DNA of 64,000 nucleotides. Origin: Paragordius varius. Taxonomy: Eukaryota; Animalia; Nematomorpha. Position 1 is the first letter of the stretch. Every line of letters begins with the position of its first letter. The notes below the pieces were generated by a model. The model made no database searches, was not told the origin of the DNA, and saw only the letters and a list, made by a program, of their open reading frames with translations. Shown piece by piece: positions 1-13,954 of this stretch. Position numbers and translations under genes: made by a program. The stretch is taken from contig OZ176050.1 in assembly GCA_964247055.1 (NCBI GenBank), positions 9,424,001 to 9,488,000 of the forward strand, in the 5' to 3' direction.

Positions 1-2254
1 TATTTCATCATATTTTGTTATATTATTTATCGGAATTCGTCGCTACAAAAAATCCGTTTTTTAAATAATTGCGTTTCGCCTCCATTTTTTAACCACAAGA
101 TATTGTTCTTCTCGGATAAATCTAAACATTTTTATGAATCAAATAAAAGAGAATTCAAAAGAAGCATTGTAATAAACATTACAAAAAGGTAAAATTAAAT
201 TTTTGTCATAAATATTTGGGTATCCCTGTTCCTGAATGGTTCCAAAATTTATGGTTTCAAATTTTCTGCATTAACGCACTTTGATTTGATCAATGAAACT
301 AAAATATTAATGTCTAGTTACTCGTATCAGTTACAAAATATGTATGAGGAAGAAACACAATATATGAGTAGAAGATATTTTCTATATTAATATTTTAGAT
401 TTTCTGTTCTAAAAATATTATTAAGGTACAGAGTGACAAATTTAACCAAATAAACAATTTATAGAAATTACCACAGCTTATATTAAAATATAATACAAAT
501 AGAAAGTGGGTTAAAAGTCATTAAAAATATCAAAAACTGGTTTGAGATGCCAATAAGTAGGTTCTGGTTTTATTCGATAAACAATCCAGTTTTCACTCAC
601 ATATTATTAACTTTGGTTTTTGTTCAAAAAATATACTGTATTAAACGAAAATTTACAAATAAATAAATTTTTATATATATTACACCAATATATGAAAAAA
701 GACCTTTATTTAATTAGTTTGGACCGCACGTTTAAACTGGCTTCATAAAGAAAAAACTTTGTTGTCTCTTGGTCAACATTGGTAGTTTTACAGGTTGTTT
801 AAAATGATGAAAACATCATATAACCAATCAACCAATAAAACTTAAAAAGTAGTCAATAACAGAATATAGATTTCATCCTATTTCACTTTTTCGTAATTTA
901 TATAAATCAATTTTACACAAATGTATAAAACAATGAAACCTATTTGGCAATATACTATCATATCAAACAACCTATTACTACATGTTGCTTACATAATATT
1001 ACCATATGCGCTAAGTCAATATTTGAGCTGGCAAAAATAGGGCATGAGAAACCCCTTTCCCTTCCTCATTAATAGCTATTTTTATACAACTTAACTTATG
1101 TATACTTCTCTCACGTGTAAATATATAATTAAAATATACATGTATTTCTTGTTTAAATGTGTTGGTATCTGTTTATTATATAATTTGTTAATGTAAAAAA
1201 TAAAAATTGTGTTTTTATCAATCGTTAATTTATTTGGAAATTTATTATTTGTTAAACCTGTATCGTAAATATTTAAGTTACTTGGTCAATATTCATCAAA
1301 AGTTGCTGTGAAAAACTATAAAAATTATAATCTGATATATTATGACTCATTTATTATGAGTCAATATTAATGTTTAAAATTAGATAATTTTATCATGATT
1401 TAATTTGTGATTAATTAGGAATGTTGCGACCAACAATTGATTCCTCTTACGTTAAATTTTTCACATCGGCTCATATTATATGGTCTGATAACTAAGACTA
1501 AGTTTAGCAAGTATAATTTTTGCATTAACAAGTCCTTTATAATCAATCAATTTTTTCTTTTTTACCATGTATGTGGGTGAATTTACATATGTTTTACCTT
1601 TCCGCCGTTGTTACTTTAAAAAAAAATGTACGTATTAGCGCAAGGTTTTAAACTACCAATCAGCAATAGACACAACACAACATACTTTAAGAAATTTATA
1701 CGTGTTTGAACCAATTTCCGTAGCTCTTAAAAATCCTGAGCTTGCAGAAATTAGCAATTTGGTTGGCTAGTATTCATCGCATAACTATTATTATTATTAT
1801 TGATATTAATCATTTATGTATTTAACACGTTGTTTTCACCTTTCTGATAAATAATAATATAATTATTTTGAACATATAATACATACATATATATATAATA
1901 GTGTGTAGGTATGAAAATAAAACAGATTTTTAAGTAAATATTGATTTACGTCGTTGACTCTATTCATCTATCTATCTATCTATAAGATTATATATATTAT
2001 TAAATTTTTATCTAATGAATTATTTTATTACGCATATATATTACTTTTACAGAATTACAAATTTTGACCGGTCTTGAATGTATTTTAATCCTTTCACAAA
2101 TAATTATACCAATCGTCAACTACCTAAAATATTTCAAAATTAAAAAATTTAACCCAACTATTTATTATGTCAACAATATAGATGATCCCACGTTTGAAAT
2201 TTGATTAGCACAAACTTGACAATATACCTATTGCCCATACAAAACTATCATCTT

Positions 2255-5200
2255 ATGCAGCCCCAAAAATACCCCAGAGAAAGTTGTTATTTGTGTGATT
2301 TACCACGACCCCCTTGGGCACTCTTGAGAGATTTTAGTGAAATTGTGTGCCGCGGTTGCGTAAATTACGAGGGGGTCGATCGCATTGAAAGTGTAATTGA
2401 TGGAATTCGAACGTTAAAACGAGTGTATGACATGGGTTTACCCAACAAAGCAACAACGGGTTATCAACAATCAGCCTCAAACAATGGCAGAAGAAGTAAT
2501 CAGGCTGAGGTGATTGATAATTTATCTAACAACACATCTCCTACGTATGTTTCAACACAAAATAGTAATAGCCCGTTATATCCTGATGTTTCGAATAGAC
2601 AAATGCAACAAAGTATGAGACAGGGGATGGCTGATGCAAAAACATGTCAATCCTTTTTTGGCACAGGAAATGGTCTTGGCTCCAACGAACCCATGCTATA
2701 TAAGGACAGGCTGGAAAGTGATATAAAAAATATGAAAAACTCTGACACATTGGGTATCGACGCAAAATTACCAATACCAAAAGGGAAGGATTCGAAATCA
2801 GATATTATGAAAAACCACTACGCGCATAAAAATTTATATATTCTTCCCTCAAATGATTCAGGAATGATTGATACGACTCATGCTGAGCCTTTTGGAAGTA
2901 ATTATGGTAAAACCTATACGATAGCAGATGAGTATAATAAAAATAAAACTAAATCACCCAGCTGGTCCAACACTCAAAATGATCGACAAAGCAACTTAAA
3001 TGGTCCCATAAGGCGATCACGCAATGAATCATCCGGATCATACCACCATAGCAATGAAGATACCAACCGTAATAAAGAGGACAGTACCAGTGCCATGAAT
3101 CTGGAAACTTATGCCAAAAAACTGAAACATATAACTGCACTTCACCAAGATTTGATGGCCGATGCATTAGCCCATAATCCAGGCCTACTCTTAAATCATT
3201 CAGGGGCTTTGAATTCAGTTCATTCTGCCACATCGGGACCTATTCCGCCTTTTGCGGGCAAAGGTCCAATGATGAGCAATGATTTCTATCCCCCATCAAT
3301 ATTTTATGCGGGGAAAGGGTTTATGGATGTTGCAGGTCTAACCCGTTCCAAACCTCTTTCATCTACCCTAAATGATCCTACCGACTGCGCTAACGCTACC
3401 ATAATTCCACCAAATACGGTGGCAACTCTGTCTGCTAAACAATCTCCCGCACGCGCTTTTGATAACCCGATCAATTATATGCGTAATCATCCATACTACA
3501 ACATGTACAATAAACATGCATACAGCTCAAATACCCGATTTCCGCATTTAAATTTAGCAGGACTTCCGTTTCCATACAACAGATATGGGGCAAACGTTAC
3601 TCAACAATCCCCTTTAGCATCTGGTAATTCAACGACAGGAAAATCTGTTGTAAATGGTGAGAAAAAGAGATCATCCAAAGATTCCATCGAGGAAGATTAC
3701 CTGAATGATAAAAGAAAATTATCTCTCGATATTTATCAAAAGGATGGTAAAGGAGCTTATCCCATAATGGATGGAAAAAGTATGCATTATATTATAAAAA
3801 TATCAATAAATATATATATATATTTAAATAACAATTTTTCTCATAGGCTCATCGACTACAGATATAACCTCAATGTTGGCAAAAGAACCAAAAGTCAGGA
3901 AAAAAGATAGTATGGATTCTGATAATTCGGATATGCCGGTGAATGTTACATCTCCCATTACTACTATAACAAGAAGTTCTATCGATTCTACACATACAAA
4001 CTTAAACAGCAATAATGATACTAATGAGAAAAGACATGGCACAGATGGCTTAAATAGAGACAAAGAACTTATGCCTCCTACCAAAATAGCCCCAAAAGGG
4101 TACAATCGTTCTATAAGTAATAATCATGGCATGGAAAAATCTTTCAATAATCCCATAACACCCTTTTATAAAAACGCTCAAGAAGGCGGATTAGCGAATC
4201 AAGGTTCATTAACTGGAAGATCACAACAATCGAATCAACAGAATCCAAATAACGCACCACAAGGGGATAGTAGGAGAAGTAGTGGAGAGTCATCACCGTT
4301 GAATTGTGTTTTATGTCAAGGGCGGCTGGAAGATACTCATTTCGTTCAATGCCCATCGGTAAGTCACCATAAATTTTGTTTTGCATGCACACGTAAAAGT
4401 ATCAAGGATCAACAAGTCAAAATTATAGCTCTGAATGCAGCTGCATCGCGAAACAACAACAATAGTAATAACAAATTAGCAATTCATCCCATCCCCAATG
4501 AGATTTATTGCCCCAGTGGAATGAAATGCCCGCTTTTGGGATCTAACATTCCTTGGGCATTTATGCAAGGTGAAATCACTACCATATTTAATGCAGCAGA
4601 ACAACAACAACAGCAGCAACAGCAACAACTCATGAACAGTCAATCACAAATGGAATTCAGGAATTCAAGAAAAAAAGGATCTCCGGCTACAAATAGCTCT
4701 GCTGTAAATAATATGAAAAATTCCACTACACAGGAAAGTTTGAATCGAATGAATTCGATGGATTCAAATTACTCGTACAATTCAAATACTGCTACTGCAT
4801 CTGGTCAAAGGAGCGAATTAAGAAGAAAATCTATTAGTAAACGGCCAATTTCCCAATCGAGCAGACCTGAAACAAATTTGCATAACCCACACGCCCAAAA
4901 TAATCCAGAAAACAGTGCAAGTATTAAGGATCCATACAATAAGCAAAAACGCTCAAGTCCCAAATATCACGATACTATAAATGGATCCGAAGTAAAAAAT
5001 CAAAAAGATAACAATGATAAATTGCGCAATTTGGCGAATGAGGTAGAGTTAAGCACCGAAGAGCAATCACCTGTTTATAATAAATCTAAGCTTTCCAATA
5101 TGTTGTTAGCAAAACCTTCACATAATATAAACGAGGCAGATTATCTGACATCTCGGTACAACTCTAATACAGATGAATATGGTAATAAAATTAGAAGCTT

Positions 5201-6210
5201 ACAAGAAAAACGAAATTCATTTGAATCATCAAATGCATCAACAGTTACAAACACCGTTAACTACCATAATCACAATCAAGACAACAATATTCAGCAGCAC
5301 TATGCTTCGTACCAAAAGACATATCCAAAATCTCCTAACACAATATCAACATCCCAAACTATGCAACATATGGAAGAAACTTCTTTGCCTCATGATGAAA
5401 TCGATTCCGAGCCCATTGGTAATCATAAAAATGGTAAGCAGAGAAAGAACAGTTTATTAGAAAATGATTGCGCTAGAAGCAGAGACGGATCTCCTCAACT
5501 AACAATATGCGATGATGTCCCAAACCCTCTATATTCCAATAAAAATGTTACGACGGACCAGGCACATGATAACACTTCGATGATTTATGATGACTCAAAT
5601 GATTGCTATGCTAATGGATCTTTTTCACATAATCAAAAGAGAAAAAATATGAATTCAAACGTGGATGTTAAGCGTCATAAGGTATAAATTATATCTTGTG
5701 AAAATAATAAATTAAATTTAAAATTTCAAGGACTTTTGTATTTTAGTATATCTACTAGTTTAAGAAACATGTTAAATTTTCCTACACTTAGACATTTAAC
5801 CACCAAATAATCTTTTTTATTGTGTAATTGAAATTTAGGAAAGAGAGGATCAATGCGTTAAAACAGTGTCGTCTCACTATGGATCGGGAGAAAAATCAAG
5901 TTTACAGCAGCATAAACAACAAAACGATCGCATCGCCAAAGACACGGGAAAAGTCAGTAGGAACGGGAATGGCAATAGAGAAAGAAAAAATTCTTCTCCT
6001 GCATCATCTAGTCCCTATGCTCAATCATCTTCAAACAAATCCCATAAACCCAAAGACCAAACAAATTTAACTTCCGACACGAATGTAACGGCCTCACCCA
6101 CAGTAAACCTAGGCGAGACTTCTAAGCCTCACCCCTCACAAACAGTTAAAGGAATGAATAATGAAATGATAGTGTCACCAGTTCAAAAACAATTGGCTAC
6201 AACAGCTTAG
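2255..6210 (+). CDS. IRF2BP: Interferon regulatory factor 2-binding protein family (IRF2BP1/2/L, Pits-like); exons 2255-3779, 3847-5681, 5839-6210; ~1243 aa
   Basis: N-terminal C4 zinc finger [31 protein letters not shown] and C3HC4 [32 protein letters not shown]...[24 protein letters not shown] are diagnostic. A GT-AG intron at 3780-3846 (67 nt, phase 1) joins ORF 2201-3910 in frame to ORF 3873-5687. A second at 5682-5838 (157 nt, phase 0) joins in frame to ORF 5866-6210. ATG 2255 chosen because it lies just before the zinc finger. Confidence 0.93.
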
Positions 6211-7791
6211 AAACATGCTAGTAACTCATTCATGCATAATATTAGAAAATCAGAATATTAAAGTCAAATTACCACATAAAACATGTAGAAACCGTATAAC
6301 GAAACGAATTAGTACAGTAACGAGACTTGTTATTATAAGCCATTTCTGTGTTTCGAATGGGTAAAGGTGATTTAATTCACATGTCTATTGCCATGTATGA
6401 GATTTTTCGTTTTTTAGTTACATTTTTTTTAAAATTGAAAATAAAAAAATAGATGTGATATGTAACTATTAAATGAAAAATCTCCTAAATAGCAACAGAC
6501 ATGTTTAAATCTCCTTAGGCCTATAAAGATCGTTACTGTATATGGTGTTGAAATTTAATTTACACTTAATTTTTTCTAATTTTATGTAATACGTATTATT
6601 GATTCGCATTACTTATTATGTTGAATATAATATACATATATTTTATATCTATGGATATTAGTTTTAAATTTGTCTTCTTATATTAAAAACGATGTCGTCC
6701 AAACAATAATTATATATATTTTTAAAATTTTTTAAATATCTATACTGACAGCCAACCTAAAATAATCTATTTATATTAAATGTACACATGCATATACCCA
6801 CCCGTTTGTTTAAACAGACAACTGTAGTTATAAATAACAATCCATCTACAATAATTATTAATAATTAATAACAAGATGAAAAAAGTCTGCATTTTAGCTC
6901 AATTTAATGTTTTATGGGGTGCAGGGATGTATTATATTATACGTATATAATATTTTTGTTAAACTAAAAATATCTTAGAAAAATAAATAAATGAATACAA
7001 CATGACATTATGAGTGAGCTTTTCTCGATTTTCCTGCTATTTATGATCAAAATTTAAAAGATAATGATCATTAAAATTTAAAAACCAAATTATTTTGATA
7101 AATTATTACTTAAATATTATTATTATTATTATTTACGAAATGATGTTTATATTGGGTGAATATATTAACATTTCATTACTTTTTCACTTTTTTTGTCGTA
7201 ATTTACCTTTTGGGGTATTTTATTTTTAAGAGTTCAGTTTTCTAAATAAACTATAATTTCAGTTATTTTAGTTAATGTTTAATTTGTTCTCATGTATTAG
7301 ATAAAAAAAACATATATTTTTTACAGTTTTGCGACTTCTAGAGTCTAAAATCAATAGACGCTTGTATAAGAACAGCTGATATTAAATGAAAATATATGAA
7401 GTTTTTCTGGTAAAATATAGCCTGAGAACTTAAAGTTAATTATTTAGATTTTCTAACCATAAGGTGTATTTTTTTACCTGTTACATTAGCGATTTAAAAT
7501 AATTTATAGAAATAAAATGGCGGCAAATTAGTTTGAGATACGAATTTTTTTACAATTTCATATTTTTTATATTTTTTGTAGGGTGAGCCTAAAGGGCTCA
7601 AGAAAGCATAATATTAAATTCAGCTCAATACTTAAAAACTTTTTAAGATATTCAAATTTCAAATTGCTCTGAGTAAAAAACTACCCTAAATGATAATGGA
7701 GTATTAACAAAAAGCTTTTGAGATATTTTGGGAAAAACATTAGATTGGCTTTAAAACACCCTGTACATCTACCATTCACCTTTCAACACTT

Positions 7792-8103
7792 CAATTTCCC
7801 CCTTGAATGTTGCAAACTAACCCTAAAACAAATCAAATTCACCTTGAGCATTTGAAATTTACTTTATTTGGCTATTCTAACTCATTATTGAATTATAAAA
7901 TATTTCTGTATAGCATAACTTATCATTTTTTCTGTATTATAATGATAAAGCAAGGTATCATTTTTAAGTAATAAATAATATAAGTAATTTTTATTATTCA
8001 AATATATAATTTATTTTTGGGGTGTTGAAATATTTATGGGTATTTTCGTAGTGTTGTCGCATGAATTTAAAATATTTAATGGTGAATTTGAAGTGATCAA
8101 TGG
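7792..8103. mobile_element. Degenerate MITE of the CCATT-ended family
   Basis: ccattcacc...cacttcaa at left and ggtgaatttgaagtgatcaatgg at right; shares the aaattcacc subterminal motif with the 17.5-18.3 kb elements. Confidence 0.45.
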
Positions 8104-11100
8104 TGAATTCAGCAATTTTAATTGTTGGCTACAATCTAAAGGCAGAAAGAAAATAGCTTTTACGCAATTTACAGAATCATAGTATCATTTGAATAAGGTC
8201 CATAATAAAGAGTATAATTTTGATGACACTAACATCATAATATCAATAAATCATAAGATGAACGAATCATCCGTTTAAAAGTGGCTATCGTAATTTTGAA
8301 ATCTTGTTTTATCCCCTTATCTTACCATTTCTTTTATTTGTTTAAAAACCGCTCCTGATTTCTATTTTTATTCGAAATAGCAGTGTCATCAATTATTTTT
8401 TAGGTTTAACTTTTTTGACAAGGAAGCAACGTGGGATATCAAATACGGGATAAAGATAATATATTTGGGCGGTAGTAGCACATCTTACTATGATTAAATA
8501 TTCGTCTGTCATCGTTTAATGTAAAATTTGCAGCATAAATATCAATCTTATCAAATTTTTACAGCTTGTATACGGGGCAAACAAATATTCGTTAATTAAA
8601 AATAAATATTAATATAACAGTTTATAGTAAATATTTATAATTAACTACCTAATGTTAGTTTATAAATTCAAAATTACGGTAAATAGTCCCTTATCAGTTT
8701 AGTTTCATTAACTATCAAAAAATTTACGATGTTTTAATCAGTCGTTCTTTTTGTTCACTGTCCTGACGCAAACGAAACGATTTTATTTAATATAGATATA
8801 ATTTGAAAAATCATCATCACCCAATATTACGTTTTTTTGGCTAAAAATAAATTAATGGTTTTTTTCTAATTTATAATATATATACACCACTTTGTATTTC
8901 TTTATTTAATATGGCTTATAACTATTATGCCTAAACAAACAAAGGCGATTTATTTGTTTTGTCATAAAAATGATGGTATCAATTACGAGAAAATTGTAGT
9001 AATTGGTAACAGATCATTTTTTATCAAAAGAAATTTTTGGTTCCCAACCAGTGGAAGGAGGAATAAATAATTCATTTTTGATATTTAATTTATAGATTTC
9101 ACGGTTACATAACTAAAATGATTAACAAGGCTAAAAACTTTTTTACATTGTCTAATTATAATTAATCGGTATAGGAAATTCCAAGTTTTCAAGTTAATCA
9201 TTACAGAATCTGGATCGGAAGTTGTTACTATAATACCGAAAGAACAACTAGCTTTATATTTTTCAAGCTAGAATAAGAAGACTCGGAATCCCTAAATTTA
9301 GATTGTAGCGTAACGTCCTTATAGGCTTTGGGGGGAAGGCATAAAAATTTTCATGATAAGCAAAAGGTTGTTTTTTAAAGCTGTAAGCTCTATTTTTTAA
9401 CAAACACAATAGCCTTTATTAATGGGTGAGAGATAAATTGTATTAAGGACATAAGCTCTAGTACACCCCTGCCGGCTGAGATGATGCAAATTAAATCTCT
9501 AGTTAGGTAATAGAACTCTGCGATACTCGGACCATTAGCGCCTTCAAGTATAAAATACATAAATTTATTATAATTAGATAACACAATTTTTACGCATTTA
9601 AATCGATGCTCTGAAAGGGAACATTTACAATACAAAGGATTGTAAATTAATCTGCTAGAGCGTAAAAAGGCATAAATATTATAACTAACCCTTAAACCGG
9701 AATATATCTACACAATACACAATTAAAATGGGTTTTTAAAATTAAATATTTACAACGGTTTTTAACACGAGGGAGCCAAATTTGTTTGACCCTAAAATTG
9801 TAAATTGATTTTTTTCAGTAAAACTATTTTTACATACACGTGATTACCATTACTATAAAAATTTATAAAACTTAACTTTTCATTCGAATCTCAATATTCA
9901 ATTAGTTAAACTCAGGAAAAAGATAGTAATTTTAAAATGTACGTTCTGTTGATTTTATATAGATGGATGTGGCATATCAAAAAGAAACATATGATCAACA
10001 AATGTTTAGCTTCTTTGATGGATCATTTTTGAGCAGGTAAAACAGTGACGGTATCGCATGAAGGCACCACCAACAAGTTAAGTACAAAATTAATGGACAA
10101 ATTGGTAAGTATTTAAATATTTTGGGCTTCGAGTTGTGCAGATTTATCAGACAGATTTTGTAATAAAGTATTTTTTTAATAAACATCCAATCACCCTTAA
10201 ATATTTTCACTTATGGAGAAAATTTAGTTGATTGCTTTAATACTATTTTTAAATAACAATAATTAAAAAATAGTTAAATCAATTAAAAATCATAGTGAAT
10301 TGCGCTGCGCATGTAGGCTAACTAGTTTTATAATTATGTAAAAATCTATTTTTAGCACACAATATCATCATATAAATAACCCCCAAAAAGAGATGATAAG
10401 CTGAGTAAATAAGCACAACAACTGTGTTAAATTTTGCTATAATAGTTTATGCAGGTGTATAAATTGGAACGTAATAAATATATAATTGGAAGCTTCGCAA
10501 TTTGTTATGCCGAGGTCACACTTGTTAATACAATAAAAACTTAATATTTTTTCATTATTTATTATTAATCGAAAATTTCGCACAAATTAATTAAATTGAT
10601 AATCATTGAAAAAAATTCTTGCTAATTATCCGTATTTGCTTAAGAATCCTATTTCTTTAGATGATGATGATAAACTTTGTTTTATGTAGTATTGACCAAA
10701 AAATTTTTACTGGCCGACCTTAAAACCTTTTATTTATTTATATTAAATAATGATTTTAACTTCAATACCAATGTTTAATGTTTACATTTAATAGAAGGTT
10801 TACTTAGTACATATCAAAGGACGAATTAAATTTGCATTTATTAATTATCTAAATTAAGAAATGGGAATACCCGTTTGTAGAATGCAATTAACACAAATTA
10901 TGTATATAATTTTCAATAACTGAAGGAAACTGTAACCGGTAAAATGGGCTCTTAATGGAACTATTTAATTTGTTGTATTAGATAAAGAATTTTTTCTAAT
11001 TATGTTTTTATTTAAAAAGGCGGGAGGGAATGTTCCTCGGAGTTTGACAGTTAAAAGCCATGGAATATTTATGTTAAAAAATATTTTGCAGGCCTCCTGA

Positions 11101-13954
11101 TCCTACCGAACCCTCTCTAACTTTCCTCTTAAATTAAAAATTATAGCAAAAAACATTTTTTATTGTTTCTATGATTTTTACATAAAAATTACCATTTCAC
11201 CTACAAAAATTAAATAATAAAACGAAACAACTTGAAGCCATGGCTATATAAATATTTTAATAACATGACAAATCCTTTTAAGTTCACAATTTGACACAAA
11301 AAAATGACACTTAAGGAGCCCACATATCAAAATATAAAATTATTGTTTTAATTTTATATATTTTTTTAAGAAAGTTTTGGTTCTTTAGCTCTTATCAAAT
11401 TTATTTGATGCAATGTGCTCTAATTTTTGGACTTTTCGATGTGGAACAATTAGCAAAACGGTGGAATATCTTTATTAAGTGATTCGTATGCAAACTCAAA
11501 AGCAACGAGAGAATCTATACATTTTTTCCATCAGAATATATTTCATGGGAAATTTTTTATTAATAGTTTTTAATTTTGGAATCCATTTTTATGTTATGGG
11601 ATCAAATTTTTCGAGGTATTGATGGGAGCTTCGTTACCATAAATTAAGGAAATTTTTGCTGTTTATTTATAATTTTAACGCCAAAAATATTAAAACAAAA
11701 CCCTCAATTTTTTACAAAAAATATTTTTGCAATGTCAATTTTTAACATGTGTTCATATTATCGCAACTTCAGTCACTTATAAATTTAACTTAAATATTAG
11801 CTAAAACTTTTGCATCCATATTTGTTTAATATACACTGCCTCCAAATTGGGGGATGAAAATGTTGATATATAAATTGGTATTAAAAAGTATCAGAATGAT
11901 GGTGCTTTTGGTTTTGGCCCTAACGAGTGATTTATGAAAGTTATTTACACTTTTTATAAGTGCTCTCTCTACATAATAAGCAAAATTTGCGCACATTTTG
12001 TTAAATAAATTTTTGGTGAAAGCTAAATTTTTCGATCCCGAAATATTACTAAAATATCATAAACTACATATAGAAAGCAAAATATTTCATCAAATTTTAA
12101 TTTTTTGATAGGATCCGAAAGTCCCACATTTCACTCTTCTAAAATGTGTTAGTTCTCTTAAATAAAACGCAAACATGCAGCGATTTTGTGATGAAATAAA
12201 TCATCAATGCTAAATTTTGATATCAACCAAAAATATTTTTAAAAATGCAGACTCTTATCAAAAATTTAACTTTCAATTATTGAATCGTACTTCATACTAT
12301 GAAGCATATAGAAACGGTATTAAAACGCTTTACTATATAATTCGATATTGAACATTTCTATCACTTCAGATAAATTTTGGTAAAAAGACACAAATATTGG
12401 ACATAAATTGGAGGACGAACGAATTTTTAATTAAAATTCTGAGATGATAAAAATTCAGAGTCATCGAATTATAAAAATATTTTTATAATATCTTAAAACG
12501 TTTTTATCCCTTTTTCATCATACCTCAAACTGGTATGAAGCAGGATTCAACAAAATTTGCAAAAAATTAAATTTTTGAAAAAAGTATACATTTTTTAAAA
12601 AATATTTTTAATTGATATCAAAATTTATATTATATTCTAATCTCCTTGTGGCATCTCGGCCTTTTTGCGTTTAAAAGAAAATAAGCTCCTATTAGAATAG
12701 CGAAAAACTTGGCACTTTTGAAGCTCACATCTAAAATTTATTTTTTTAAAAAATATTTTGCATTTTATATATAGTTTATGATATATTTTCGTGATATTTT
12801 TAGAAATTAAGCAATTATCTTTCACCAAAAAAATTTGTTTGTGAGCAAATTTTTCCATCTGATATGGGGCATTTATCACAAAAGTTTCTTAAATAACCCG
12901 TAATGACCATAACCAAAATTACCATCCTTATACTTTCTATTCAAATATATATTCATTTCATCAAATATTTTGTGGACACTTAGGATATATATTTCCAAAT
13001 ATCATTTTAAAGTTTTTAAGCTATGCCGCTCTTTGGAAAAGTGTGGCCTAAAAGCTTTTTATTCGTTATCTATCAAAAATTAAAATGAAAAAATTGTGTT
13101 AAGAGGTTTCAACCTCATAGACCAGAAGTTAGAGGCCCTAAACACACCATAATTGTTCCAACAATCTCAAGATAAAAACCCCGAATATACTTCTAAGTGT
13201 ATATATAAGCAAAAATATTTGATTAAAGAGTCAAATAATAATGAGCAAAAGCATAACTAATAGTAATTCCTTCCTTCTAATAAATTTATTAATATTAGTT
13301 TTAGGATATTTCATTTATCACACAATAATTTTTTTCTCATATAAAAATCACTGTACATAATTGTTTTCATTTATATAAAAATATATTGTATGGATCGTTT
13401 ATCTATTTTTAAATAATAATTATAATTAATATAATCTCTATCTGTGATAATAAAATAATATATTTAGGATTTTGATAAAATATTAAATATAAAACATTTA
13501 ATTGGCTAAATGGACTAATTTCAATGTTTATATATAAATAATTTACAAGACCAATCGTGATGATATAAAAATGTTATATTGCATAAATTTAACAACGATT
13601 CATCAATGGCACATAGGTTGGGGCACATTAAAAAAGAAAGATTTCAACAATTAGAACAAAAAAGGAAGGACCATGATGTAAAATAAGTTTAACGATCAAT
13701 CCTATTTGCAATATATTGTTTTAACCAGTGCATAATTTTTTAGCGTAATTTATCGCATAGAGCTATTTAAAAAGGCTGAGTTAACGGATAAAGTTAAGGT
13801 TAAAAGTTAGGAAATTTACGTTGCTGCATTCAATGAGAGGAGGCAGTGAAAGAATTTTGAATTCATATATACTATACATACAGTTATTTTATACCCGTCT
13901 TTAATTACATTAACAAATTTTTGTGATCAGGTGTTTAGTTTTTAAAATATAACA

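Noticed and set aside
1-420. Open frame-1 stretches at the window start
   Set aside because: No recognisable homology, and trial splicing runs into stops.
3780-3910. Overlap of ORFs 2201-3910 and 3873-5687 suggesting a programmed frameshift or two genes
   Set aside because: A 67-nt GT-AG intron (3780-3846) joins the frames exactly.
9390-9635. LEGANGPS motif resembling glutamate dehydrogenase
   Set aside because: The flanking sequence lacks the rest of the GDH motifs and no other GDH exons were found; likely chance.
12655-12668. tctcggcctttt matching the 5' end of U2 snRNA
   Set aside because: Only about 12 nt match; no branch-point recognition sequence or Sm site follows.
11835-13848. 10-bp inverted match cactgcctcc / ggaggcagtg as Tc1-like TIRs
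   Set aside because: Similarity does not extend beyond 10 bp and there is no transposase inside.
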